Below, in pieces: positions 39,775-48,876 of a stretch of DNA of 64,000 nt. The translations under genes and the position numbers were made by a program. Position 1 is the stretch's first letter; each line of letters begins with the position of its first letter. Source of the stretch: Gammaproteobacteria bacterium (GTDB lineage: Bacteria > Pseudomonadota > Gammaproteobacteria > Burkholderiales > JAHFRG01); the NCBI GenBank assembly GCA_041495205.1, contig JBGQCF010000002.1:86745-150744 (forward strand), read 5' to 3'. The notes beneath the pieces were generated by a model. That model saw nothing but the letters and a program-made list of their open reading frames with translations, had not been told where the DNA came from and ran no database searches.

Positions 39775-41019
39775 ATGGTAAAGCACAAGAAACTGGGCAT
39801 GGCAGTAGTGGCCGCCTGCGCGCTGTTTGGCGCTTCCGCAGCCAACGCCTTCGGCCCTATCAAAGCCGGTGACTGGGATCTATCTATCGGTGGCGAAGTC
39901 AACGGCTTTTTGACTTACTCTCATTGCGACAACAATAACAGGACAGTTAATGGCGGTCTGGCATGTACGAGTACCAACCAGAAAAGTGTTTCGTCGATAG
40001 AAAGCGGCCTGCTGCCTTCGTTCCTGGTATTCACAGCCAAGACCACCCAGGAAGGCTTTGATATCGGCGCGACGATTGGTTTCTACCCCGGCATTAATAT
40101 TGCCAATTCGGTGGGAGCCAACCCCTCAGCCTTGGGCACTTCGACTATCAATATGCGGCAGAACTTCCTGTTTTTTGGCGACAAGGAAATGGGCACCATC
40201 AAGGTTGGCCGCGATCTGGGTCTTTTGGGCTCTGACGCGATATTGAGCGACTTCACCTTGCTGGGTTTGGGTAGTCCCGCTGGTCCGGTTTCGCCGGGCA
40301 ATACCACCTTGGGGCGCATCGGGGTGGGATATATCTATGCCGACTGGATACCGCAAATCTCCTATACTTCGACCAGTAGTATGGTTGGCGTTGGCGGCTT
40401 GCAGGGCAGCATTGGTATCTACCAGCCTCTTAACGCAGCAAATTTCGGTGGCAATTTTAACACTGGCACCCGTACTGCCCATCAAATGCCTGGTGTTCAG
40501 GGCAAGCTCACTTATGATTATGACGTGGGCGGAGTAACTGGACGCGCCTGGGCCGGGTTCTTCTACCAGAAAGCCGATTCTGCTGTTGTTAACGTCTCAG
40601 GTGCTACCGCCTACGCGGGTGATGTTGGCATCAAGGCTGCCGTAGCCGGCTGGGAACCTGTGCTCTATTATTATCAAGGCAGAGGCGTGGGCACTACTGG
40701 CTTACTGTTAGATGGTATCACTGTTGCGGGCAACAAGCGCAATTCCAACGGCGGTTATGCCCAGCTGGCTTACCGCATGGGCAAGTGGAAGCCCGGAATC
40801 AGCTATGGCTTCAGCCGCCTGGCTTTGGCTGTAGACGAATCCCCCGCAACCAATCCAAGCTTGGTTAACTTCAACCGCTCTGCGATAGCTCAGCTGCAGT
40901 ACAGCCTGACCAAGTCGCTGACTCTGGTGGGCGAATACGTCATGACTCGGGCAACCCCCCAAAGAGGTCTGGGTAACGTGGATGGTACGCTTGCTCTTGG
41001 CGCTATTCTGTTCTTCTAA
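39775..41019 (+). CDS. Outer-membrane porin
   Basis: AGGAGG RBS, signal peptide, beta strands, GTIKVGRD, terminal F. Confidence 0.88.
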   Translation: MVKHKKLGMAVVAACALFGASAANAFGPIKAGDWDLSIGGEVNGFLTYSHCDNNNRTVNGGLACTSTNQKSVSSIESGLLPSFLVFTAKTTQEGFDIGATIGFYPGINIANSVGANPSALGTSTINMRQNFLFFGDKEMGTIKVGRDLGLLGSDAILSDFTLLGLGSPAGPVSPGNTTLGRIGVGYIYADWIPQISYTSTSSMVGVGGLQGSIGIYQPLNAANFGGNFNTGTRTAHQMPGVQGKLTYDYDVGGVTGRAWAGFFYQKADSAVVNVSGATAYAGDVGIKAAVAGWEPVLYYYQGRGVGTTGLLLDGITVAGNKRNSNGGYAQLAYRMGKWKPGISYGFSRLALAVDESPATNPSLVNFNRSAIAQLQYSLTKSLTLVGEYVMTRATPQRGLGNVDGTLALGAILFF

Positions 41020-41041
41020 CAACAGCTGAACAGCTAAACTT

Positions 41042-41074
41042 AAAGCGGCGCCCACAAGGCGCCGCTTTTGTTTT
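41042..41074 (+). terminator. Intrinsic terminator after the porin
   Basis: AAAGCGGCGCC-CACAA-GGCGCCGCTTTTGTTTT. Confidence 0.88.
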
Positions 41075-41225
41075 GCGCTCCGGAACTTTTCCCGAGGCAA
41101 TTGTCGTATGATTGGCGCGGCTGGTGTCTTCAGGCCGCGTCCGTTTTAACAAGGAACAATCCAATGCAGATATCCCAGATCACATTCGCAGCGGGTGCCT
41201 GCGCGCTCGCGGTCTAGCGTGATTA

Positions 41226-41253
41226 CTCCCTCTCCCCGTGCGGAGTAGAGGGG
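41226..41253. repeat. Degenerate REP-like palindrome
   Basis: CTCCCTCTCCCCGTGCGGAGTAGAGGGG. Confidence 0.6.
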
Positions 41254-41273
41254 AGGAAGAGAAACTCTCAAAT

Positions 41274-41608
41274 TCGCCGGGGGCAGCCCGGCGGCTGGTT
41301 ACTTTTTCTTGTGTCGCCAAGAAAAAGTAACCAAAAAGAAGGCGACCCCGGTTCGCTGCCCCTTCGGGGTACCCTGTGCTGCTCGTCCAAGCGGGCGGCT
41401 GCGCAACTCGCGCTCCGCGCTCAAACAGTGCTCGCCGGCGTCCCGGACTCGGACTCGCGCAGCGTGGAGCGGGAAGGGGCGCAAGCTGCCGCAGGAGACA
41501 CCGTGAAATGGGACGCTATTGCTGCCGCTCCCAAACCTAAGAGCTTCGCTCACCGTGTCGCGGCAGCCTCCCGCCAGGGCGGCGCTGCTCGGCAGCTCAC
41601 AGGGGATT
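41274..41608. repeat. Long structured non-coding element
   Basis: Hairpins GCCGGG..CCCGGC, GGTTACTTTTTCTTG..CAAGAAAAAGTAACC and CCCCTTCGGGG; long-range CCCTGTG/CACAGGG pairing. Confidence 0.65.
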
Positions 41609-41616
41609 CAAAAAAA

Positions 41617-41654
41617 CTCCTCTCCCCGCACGCGGGGAGAGGGTTGGGGTGAGG
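41617..41654. repeat. REP-like palindrome
   Basis: CCTCTCCCCGCACGCGGGGAGAGGGTTGGGGTGAGG. Confidence 0.8.
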
Positions 41655-41690
41655 TAGAGCATGAAGTACTTTTTAACGAGGTTACGCGAT

Positions 41691-42716
41691 ATGAAGAAAA
41701 TGATTTTTCTTGCTTTGTTTGCCGCTGCTCCAGTTTTCTCCGCGCCTGTTGCCTATGTCTCGAATCAAAACGGCGGCGTTACCGTGATTGAGCTCGATAC
41801 CCTCGCGCCTGTGGCGACGATTGATATTCAGGCGAAAGAGCCGCGAGGCATCGGCATTACCCGCGACGGAAAATTCCTGCTTACCGCCAACAAAGACAGC
41901 GGCAACATATCGGTGATAGACACGGCGACTCTGGAGGTCGTGAAGCATATACCGATCGGCAAAAACCCCGAGTTCATCCGCGTGTATGGCAATCGCGCCT
42001 ATGTGAGCTATGAGCCCAGCGCCGGGGAAGGCAAACCGGAGGAGGAACAGGGCGACAAGTCAGGGAAGGAGGAAAAGAAAAAGCCTGCTGGAATTGCTGT
42101 TCTCGATCTTGACGACTGGCATGTCATCGAAACCATGATCAGCGGGCCTGAAACCGAGGGTATCGAGTTTGCGCCTGACGGGAAATTAATGCTGGTGACC
42201 AACGAGGGGGACGATACGGTTACCGTCTACAATATTTCGAACGGGAAGCTGGTCAAGACGATTAATACGACAAAATATGGCAAGCGCCCGCGGGGCATCA
42301 AGGTATCTCCAGACGGGAAAATGTACGCCGTCACTTTGGAATTCTCGAACAAACTCCTCCTTCTCAACCGCCGGTTGCGCGTGATAAAGTCAGTGCCGAC
42401 AGGCGATGCTCCGTACGGGCTTGCTTTCGACCGCGAGGGCAAGCGGCTTTTTGTGGCCGCCGCCCGCTCCAAGCAACTGCAGGTATTCAACACGAAAAAT
42501 TTTTCGCTCATCAAGAGCATTCCGGTGGGAGCCCGCTGCTGGCACTTCAGCTTTACTCCCGATGACGCCCGAATTCTGGTCGCGTGCGGTAAATCGAATG
42601 ATGTATATGTTATCGACGCGAATACCTACGAGCCGGTGAAGACCATTTCCGGACTGAATACACCTTGGGGTGTCGTGACGAATCCGAAAGCAATCGGAAG
42701 CCTGGACAGGCCCTGA
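41691..42716 (+). CDS. YVTN beta-propeller protein (PQQ-catabolism associated)
   Basis: Signal peptide; repeats AYVSN, PRGI, ETEGIEF, LVTNE, PWGV. Confidence 0.88.
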   Translation: MKKMIFLALFAAAPVFSAPVAYVSNQNGGVTVIELDTLAPVATIDIQAKEPRGIGITRDGKFLLTANKDSGNISVIDTATLEVVKHIPIGKNPEFIRVYGNRAYVSYEPSAGEGKPEEEQGDKSGKEEKKKPAGIAVLDLDDWHVIETMISGPETEGIEFAPDGKLMLVTNEGDDTVTVYNISNGKLVKTINTTKYGKRPRGIKVSPDGKMYAVTLEFSNKLLLLNRRLRVIKSVPTGDAPYGLAFDREGKRLFVAAARSKQLQVFNTKNFSLIKSIPVGARCWHFSFTPDDARILVACGKSNDVYVIDANTYEPVKTISGLNTPWGVVTNPKAIGSLDRP

Positions 42717-42805
42717 CCCGAAATGTCCGGCTGTGGTGATACGTTAGGAGTTTTCCGGTTCAGGTTCTCTGATGTTAAAATAACCTTTTTTGTCTGGGAT
42801 TGATT

Positions 42806-43042
42806 ATGTTGGAAATCAAACTGGCTACTGAACTTGAGTCCGCACTGGAACGCGAAGCACGGCGTTCGCGCAAGTCCAAGACGACATTGGTGCGTGAAGC
42901 CGTGGCCCAGTTTCTTCAAGAGGCGGATGATTATCAGGCCGTACTGGCTTTCCGCAAGCGGCGTGGCCGAACCCATACTCTTGCTGAAGTGAAGCGCCGC
43001 CGTGGACGGTTAGATTTACGACGGCGGCAGAGAAGCAATTAG
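42806..43042 (+). CDS. RHH/CopG-type antitoxin with altered C-terminus
   Basis: LE..LE..AR....SK..LVREAV..FLQ..DDY; HTLAEVK. Confidence 0.75.
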   Translation: MLEIKLATELESALEREARRSRKSKTTLVREAVAQFLQEADDYQAVLAFRKRRGRTHTLAEVKRRRGRLDLRRRQRSN

Positions 43043-43256
43043 TCAAGCTGGACCCGCCTGTTCGGCGCAGAATATTCCATTTCCTGGAAATCATCGCCCA
43101 AGATAATCCACGACTTAAAGGTAAGCCATGCGCGGCGACAATCACGCCTGGCGTTATCGCATCGGCGATTATCGCGTCATCTGTGACCTGGTCGACCGAG
43201 AGCGAGTCGTATACATCATTCGCGTTGGTCACAGAAGTGACGTGTACCGTGGATAA
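43003..43256 (+). pseudogene. RelE/StbE-family toxin pseudogene
   Basis: WTVRFTTAAEKQLVKLD...NPR..GK, frameshift near 43127, then WRYRIGDYRVIC...VGHRSDVY; no start codon. Confidence 0.85.
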
Positions 43257-43264
43257 AGTGACAG

Positions 43265-43807
43265 ATGAATACTAATCAATTCAGATATCCGCCCTCCGCC
43301 ATAGCCCTGCATTGGCTGCTCGTCGCGCTGGTGTTTGTGCTTTACGGCCTCGGCTGGTACATGGTTGAGCTTCCCAAAGGCACCCCGCCGGTAAGCTATT
43401 TTTATAATTTGCATAAATCCATCGGTCTGGTTGCTGCGGTTCCCATCATCTGGCTTATTTGCTGGCGCGTATCCCACCTGGTGCCGCCGCTGCCTGCCGG
43501 CATGCCGCGATGGCAGGTCAGGGCGAGCAAAACCAACCATTTATTGTTTTATGTCTGCCTGGTGGTCATGACGCTGAGCGGCTTCATCGAATCGAATTTC
43601 ACCAAGTATGGAATAAAGTTTTTTGGCTATCAGTTGCCGGTATTGGGATGGGAAGACAAGACCATCTATTACCTTTTTAACCGCATCCACGTCTATACTT
43701 CTTATCTTTTCACGGCCTTGATCGCGGTGCACATCGCCGCAGCTCTGCAGCATCTGTTGCTGAAAAAGGACGGCGTGTTCCAGCGCATGTTGCCGTCAAA
43801 GCGCTGA
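43265..43807 (+). CDS. Cytochrome b561
   Basis: IALHW, HKSIG, NHLLFY, HIAAALQH..KDG...RM. Confidence 0.92.
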   Translation: MNTNQFRYPPSAIALHWLLVALVFVLYGLGWYMVELPKGTPPVSYFYNLHKSIGLVAAVPIIWLICWRVSHLVPPLPAGMPRWQVRASKTNHLLFYVCLVVMTLSGFIESNFTKYGIKFFGYQLPVLGWEDKTIYYLFNRIHVYTSYLFTALIAVHIAAALQHLLLKKDGVFQRMLPSKR

Positions 43808-43809
43808 AA

Positions 43810-44760
43810 TTGGAGAATGGTCTTACTCGTGTAATGTTACTGTCCAATAGAAGCTCGGCTCTTCTCTTCTTATGCTTGCTATGCGGTTGCTCGCTGCTGC
43901 AGCCTGCCCCTGAAAAACCAATCCCTCCTGAAACCGTCGCTCCTGAGACGCCGAAACCGGCGCCTCCGCCGAAAATCGCGCTGGCTCTGGGCGGCGGCGC
44001 AGTGCGCGGCTTTGCTCATGTCGGTGTGATCAAGACCCTGGAAGCGCAAGGCATCGTCGCCGACATCGTGGTCGGCACCAGCGCCGGCAGCTTCGTCGGA
44101 GCGTTGTATGCGGGCGGATACAGCGGGTTTGAATTGCAGAAAATTGCCATGAAGCTCGATGAAAGCAGTGTCGGCGACTGGATTTTTCCCGACCGCGGAT
44201 TCATCAAAGGCGAGTCGCTGCAAAACTTTGTCAATAATGCGCTTAACAACCGTCCCATCGAAAAGCTCAACAAAACTCTCGCGGTGGTGGCGACCGATTT
44301 GCGCACGGGAGAACCGATTGTATTCCGCACCGGCAACACCGGAATTGCGGTGCGCGCTTCCAGCAGCATTCCCGGAGTGTTTCAGCCGGTCAACATCAAC
44401 GGACGGGAATATGTGGATGGCGGCTTGGTTAGCCCGGTTCCGGTAAAAGTGGCAAAGAGCCTGGGCGCGGATATCGTGATTGCCGTGGATGTCGCAAGCA
44501 AGCCCAAGTCAACCAACGTGGAGGACACGATAGGTATCCTGCTGCAGACATACAACATTATGAGCGAGTCGATCAGCGCCTATGAGCTGGTGGAAGCTGA
44601 CGTCGTGATCCGGCCCAATTTGGAGAAGATCGGCGCGGCTGATTTTGCCAACAAATACTTGGCCATCCTCGAGGGTGAGAAAGCGGCGCTGGCGGCGATT
44701 CCCGCCATTCGCGAGAAAATCCTGCAAGCCCAAACGCGGGCGCAAGCGGCCCAACGTTGA
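43810..44760 (+). CDS. Patatin-like phospholipase, probable lipoprotein
   Basis: LCGC lipobox, GGGAVRG, GTSAG, DGG. Confidence 0.92.
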   Translation: MENGLTRVMLLSNRSSALLFLCLLCGCSLLQPAPEKPIPPETVAPETPKPAPPPKIALALGGGAVRGFAHVGVIKTLEAQGIVADIVVGTSAGSFVGALYAGGYSGFELQKIAMKLDESSVGDWIFPDRGFIKGESLQNFVNNALNNRPIEKLNKTLAVVATDLRTGEPIVFRTGNTGIAVRASSSIPGVFQPVNINGREYVDGGLVSPVPVKVAKSLGADIVIAVDVASKPKSTNVEDTIGILLQTYNIMSESISAYELVEADVVIRPNLEKIGAADFANKYLAILEGEKAALAAIPAIREKILQAQTRAQAAQR

Positions 44761-45662
44761 ATTCGGACCAAATGCCAGTAGTTATGATACGTACCATGCC
44801 CAAACTGCTGCTGCTCTTCTTGGCGATTTTCCTGTTTGGCGCGGCCTGCGCGCTTCGGGCTGAAGAGCTTGAGCTTGAAGTCATCACGCTCAAATACCGC
44901 ACTGCGCAGGATGTGCTGCCGATCGTGCAGCCGTTCGTCAATCAGCGCGGCGGCACGGTAAGCGGCATGCAAAATCAGCTCATCGTGCGCACCACCCGCG
45001 CGAACCTTGCCGAAGTCAGGCAAATTCTCGCCGGTATCGATACACTTCCGCGCCGGCTGATAGTGACTGTGAAGCAGGATACAGGTCTGTCAGCAATCCA
45101 GCACTCAGCTGAATTGTCGGGCAATGCCACAATAGGCAAGGTGCAGCTTAACGTTCCGCCCACCGGCCGCGATGGCCGCGGGCTGGTCGTTGAAAGACAA
45201 CAGGGCGGGACTAGTGTGCGCGCCCAAGCGCAAAGCAATGAGTCCCGTGGTAACGAGAATACTGTGCAGGAATTGCAGGTTCTGGAAGGCAGTCAAGCAT
45301 TCATCCGCGTCGGGCAATCGGTTCCGGTGCCACAGCAAACGGTCGTCACGAACTCGCAAGGCACGCAACGGATGGAAACCGTGCAATTCCGCGATATCAA
45401 TTCCGGTTTTTATGTTAAGCCGCGCGTTTCCGGCGACCTGGTGACTCTCGAAGTCAGCCCGCAGCGCGAAACCGCCGGTGCCGGCGGGAGCGTCAACACC
45501 CAGAGGGTTTCCAGCGTGGTTTCCGGAAGATTGGGCGAATGGATTGAGCTGGGCGGAATTGTTCAGAACCGCATGCAGCAAAATTCAGAGATTGCTTCGC
45601 GCGATTCGGAGCGCAATGTCGACCAGCGCAATATCTATATCAAAGTCGAAGAGATCCGCTGA
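44757..45662 (+). CDS. Short secretin-like protein (NolW-type N domain)
   Basis: EVITLKYRTA..VLP, NQLIVR, G..AFI.VGQSVP, GFYVKPRV.GD.V. Confidence 0.7.
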   Translation: MNSDQMPVVMIRTMPKLLLLFLAIFLFGAACALRAEELELEVITLKYRTAQDVLPIVQPFVNQRGGTVSGMQNQLIVRTTRANLAEVRQILAGIDTLPRRLIVTVKQDTGLSAIQHSAELSGNATIGKVQLNVPPTGRDGRGLVVERQQGGTSVRAQAQSNESRGNENTVQELQVLEGSQAFIRVGQSVPVPQQTVVTNSQGTQRMETVQFRDINSGFYVKPRVSGDLVTLEVSPQRETAGAGGSVNTQRVSSVVSGRLGEWIELGGIVQNRMQQNSEIASRDSERNVDQRNIYIKVEEIR

Positions 45663-45756
45663 CGCTTTCTTTTGCCGCCGTGTCTCCGTTCTTGCGCGGC
45701 AGGTAATCAACCCGCGTGGCTCGTATTGCGAAGCCTTGCGGCAAATTGCCGGGAGG

Positions 45757-46050
45757 TTACTTCCTCTTGTAGCCGTAATACCAGCGGTTGGTGGTCTTTC
45801 CAATATTGCGAACCGTGTGACTGGCTCCGGCGGGAATCAGAACTTCTTCGCCGGTTTTGGGGCAAAATGTTTTTCCGAGAAAAGACAGCTCGATTTCACC
45901 TTCGGCCACCATCAACAGCTCATCGACACCGTGCAGGTAATCTTCCCACACTTGCCCCGGCGGATCGATCCAAATGCCGAAACTGAAACCACGGCGCTCC
46001 CAATCCGTTTTTACTTTGGTCTCGTCAATGTTTTTAGAACTGGAGAGCAT
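45757..46050 (-). CDS. Cupin-domain protein
   Basis: H..DELL.V.EG, GEEVLIPAG..H.V.N. Confidence 0.8.
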   Translation of the reverse strand: MLSSSKNIDETKVKTDWERRGFSFGIWIDPPGQVWEDYLHGVDELLMVAEGEIELSFLGKTFCPKTGEEVLIPAGASHTVRNIGKTTNRWYYGYKRK

Positions 46051-46120
46051 ATCCGGTTTGGTCGTTGCGCCGCGTAAAAGCCGATTTGGCAGTGAATGTT
46101 ATAACGTCAGAGTGCTGGTG

Positions 46121-47038
46121 CTAATCAGCAACGGGCGCCCGCTCACCCGGATGGGTGGCAAAACTGATGTTGTTCTTGCCTTTATGCTTCACGGAGTACA
46201 TTGATCTGTCAACCATGTTAAGCATTTCGTTCACAGAGGACGGCGCGTCCGTGAAAGTCAACACGCCGATGCTGAATGTCACGGGCCAATTATTCTTTTG
46301 CATCTCCTCTAAAAGCTTACGATGCATTTTGGAAATGACCGCTTGAGCCAGACTCAATCCGACCTCAGGCAAGAGGACGGCAAACTCGTCACCGCCGATT
46401 CGGGCAACTATATCTGTTTTCCGCAGATGCCGTTGCATGCAATCAGCAACCGCGTAGAGAACCTTGTCGCCCGCGATATGGCCAAACGAGTCATTAACAC
46501 GTTTGAAGTCGTCGATGTCAATATAAACAACCGTGAAGGGATATTTGTATCTGAATGAACGGTCGATTTCCCGCTGTGCTAAAGCGTGGAAGTAACGGGT
46601 ATTCAGAGTGCCCGTAATGTAGTCCATGCGGGCAAAGGTTTTTTCACGTTCCAGGGTTTTCACCAGTTCCACGGAGAATACCGTGAGCGCAAAGAAGCCC
46701 AATCGTATTGCGCTGTTCCAAAGGTAAATGAGCTGGTGCGAGTAGACTGCGCCGGACACAATATCGGCAATTAGCCATACGAGGGCGCTGGCGACGGCAA
46801 ACATCATCCCGAGTTTGGGGGTTGTGAACCAGGTAACCAGTGCAATAGGAATCAAATAGAACAGCGAGAAAGAAACCTCATATCCTGTCAAGTAGTCAAT
46901 AGCGCCTACTACACAGAGAAGCGTAAACCCTACCATTACCCAGAATGGCTTGCCCTGCTTTTCAATAGCCGCGATCATTTTCAGCGCTATGGTTTTCATC
47001 TTGGCTTGCAATTGCGATAAACGGGGTAAGGTTAGCAT
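46121..47038 (-). CDS. Membrane-bound diguanylate cyclase
   Basis: N-terminal TM bundle; DIDDFK.VND.FGH..GD; R.GGDEF. Confidence 0.92.
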   Translation of the reverse strand: MLTLPRLSQLQAKMKTIALKMIAAIEKQGKPFWVMVGFTLLCVVGAIDYLTGYEVSFSLFYLIPIALVTWFTTPKLGMMFAVASALVWLIADIVSGAVYSHQLIYLWNSAIRLGFFALTVFSVELVKTLEREKTFARMDYITGTLNTRYFHALAQREIDRSFRYKYPFTVVYIDIDDFKRVNDSFGHIAGDKVLYAVADCMQRHLRKTDIVARIGGDEFAVLLPEVGLSLAQAVISKMHRKLLEEMQKNNWPVTFSIGVLTFTDAPSSVNEMLNMVDRSMYSVKHKGKNNISFATHPGERAPVAD

Positions 47039-47052
47039 GATGAACTAGCAGG

Positions 47053-47196
47053 TCAGTTGGGTGCGGCCGGTTTGATAGAGCAGCAAGTCAGGCCGTCGTG
47101 AACATAATCCTCCCGGATTTGTCCGGGCGGATCTATCCAAATGCCGAAACTGAATCCGCGGCGCCCCCAATCCGTTTTTACTTTGCGCTCGTCCAT
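47053..47196 (-). pseudogene. Truncated duplicate of the cupin 5' end
   Basis: MDERKVKTDWGRRGFSFGIWIDPPGQIREDY versus IDETKVKTDWERRGFSFGIWIDPPGQVWEDY. Confidence 0.85.
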
Positions 47197-47254
47197 GATT
47201 AATAAAAAGAGGCTCTGGTTCCTGTTTATATGACCATTCAGTTGCCAACGCGGT

Positions 47255-47488
47255 TCAGGATGGCTCTTGGCGGCGGTGGGCCCGCACCCGCATGATCCCA
47301 ACGCCCAAACAGATCACGCTAGGCCAGAATGTCAGAGCGGCCAGCAGTCCTGGACCAATCGGATTAGGATCGGGGTCGGGCCACAGCCCGAGCTTGGCCA
47401 GCACGATGATGCCGAGAAGCGGACCCGAGCCGAAGATAAGCAGCCCAAGACCAACCAGCACAAGTTTTGAGTGTAGATAATCACGCAT
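47255..47488 (-). CDS. Small two-TM hypothetical protein
   Basis: Two hydrophobic helices around DP.PNPIGPG. Confidence 0.65.
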   Translation of the reverse strand: MRDYLHSKLVLVGLGLLIFGSGPLLGIIVLAKLGLWPDPDPNPIGPGLLAALTFWPSVICLGVGIMRVRAHRRQEPS

Positions 47489-47670
47489 ACAAAGCTATTA
47501 TCTCTCGAATTGCGAGGCAGCCAAAGACGTATTTTCAGGAAACAAAGACTTGTCCACTGAAATATTCGACTCCGGCTCCCAATGATTCTCAGGAACCAAA
47601 CCTGACGTGCCATCCGCAAAAAGAATGTTAACTGGCCAATTTTCCGTCTGCTTTACAACTGAGGCGGGGC

Positions 47671-48414
47671 TTAATGCGAAGTGCCATGCTTGAGGCTTCT
47701 TATCAAGCCGGGCAGAAACAGGCCGCGCGAGAGTAGCTTCCACGCCACCATGCGCACGATGCGCGCGATGTCACGCGCGGCGCGAAAATGGCTGGGGCGC
47801 GCATTTCGCGGGTAAACCGCGGCAATCGGCACCGCCACGATTTTCACTCCCATGCGTCCCGCCTCGATGAGGATTTCGCTTTCGAACACGAAGCTCGCGG
47901 CTTGGTCGTGCGTTACTTTCACCTCGCGTAGAAGCTTCCCGGAATAAACACGGAAACCGCACTGGCTGTCGGCAATGGGACAGCCTGCCGCCCAGGAAAC
48001 CCAGAAACTGGCGAAGCGGTTGGCATAATAACGCGCGGCCGGGATGTTCTCCCTTTGATGCAGGCGCGAACCAATGATGATGTCGCTGGGATTACGCTTG
48101 AACTCGGCGACGAGCCGCGCGATGTCGTGCGGGCTATGCTGGCCGTCGCCATCGAGCGTCACCACCGCGTCGGCGCCCGCATCCAGCGCGCTTTGCATGC
48201 CGCGCCACTGGCTCGCCGCTTTGCCCAGATTCGCGTCGTGGGTGAGCAGCGTGATAGGCAAATCGGCGAGCGCTGCCGCCGTTCCGTCTAGCGAGCCGTC
48301 ATCCACGATGATCACGTGAGGCGTATGTTGCAGCGCGCCCATAGCGATTTCGCGTATGGTCGCGGCCTCATTGTAAGCCGTAATCACCACGGCAATCCGT
48401 AATTCTCCGTTCAC
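47671..48414 (-). CDS. Glycosyltransferase family 2
   Basis: AYNEA, VDDGS.DGT, N.GK, DGDGQH, DSQCGFR. Confidence 0.92.
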   Translation of the reverse strand: MNGELRIAVVITAYNEAATIREIAMGALQHTPHVIIVDDGSLDGTAAALADLPITLLTHDANLGKAASQWRGMQSALDAGADAVVTLDGDGQHSPHDIARLVAEFKRNPSDIIIGSRLHQRENIPAARYYANRFASFWVSWAAGCPIADSQCGFRVYSGKLLREVKVTHDQAASFVFESEILIEAGRMGVKIVAVPIAAVYPRNARPSHFRAARDIARIVRMVAWKLLSRGLFLPGLIRSLKHGTSH

Positions 48415-48450
48415 GTCCTCGCTCCGCTCTCGCCGATGGCCAACGTTTTT

Positions 48451-48876
48451 TTAAGGGAACACCACCGTGGCGCGCCCGCGCACGAGCTCGCGCTCTTCCG
48501 ATACGAGCGCAAACTGGTAAAGGGCGTGCTTGTGCTGCGCAATCAGCTTTTCGGCGCGCACCGTGAGCGCCCCGGGAATATCGTCCAGCCTTTGCACCGA
48601 CACCACCACATCGTGCACCGCGGCGAGCAAACCCACCCGGCCGGTGCGCCGCAAGAGATTTCCGTGCAGCGCCATCGCCTGCGCCGCGTACTCGACCGCA
48701 CACAGCGCGCCAAGCTTTCCGTCCTCGCGCAGGGGATGGCGCGCATCGCGGTGGCTCGTCACCCTGCAAACGATTCGCGTCGCGTCCCACTCCAGCACCT
48801 GCTCGAGCAAGCACATGTCCCCCTGGTGTGGCACGCGCCGCGCAATCTCTTCCCTGCCCAAAAGCCCGTCGTTCAT
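48451..48876 (-). CDS. Hotdog-fold dehydratase (ApeP-like)
   Basis: VPHQGDMCLL, EYAAQAMALHG. Confidence 0.82.
   Translation of the reverse strand: MNDGLLGREEIARRVPHQGDMCLLEQVLEWDATRIVCRVTSHRDARHPLREDGKLGALCAVEYAAQAMALHGNLLRRTGRVGLLAAVHDVVVSVQRLDDIPGALTVRAEKLIAQHKHALYQFALVSEERELVRGRATVVFP

Noticed and set aside
41299-41652. Three short ORFs over the structured element
   Set aside because: No protein features; explained by the GC-rich hairpin sequence
25271-42716. Calling the organism a lanthanide-dependent methylotroph
   Set aside because: Accessory genes are suggestive, but no xoxF/mxaF-type dehydrogenase is in the window
47498-47743. NILFADG segment resembling an H-X9-DG tail
   Set aside because: Lacks the His, overlaps the GT2 gene and has no convincing start; at most a remnant
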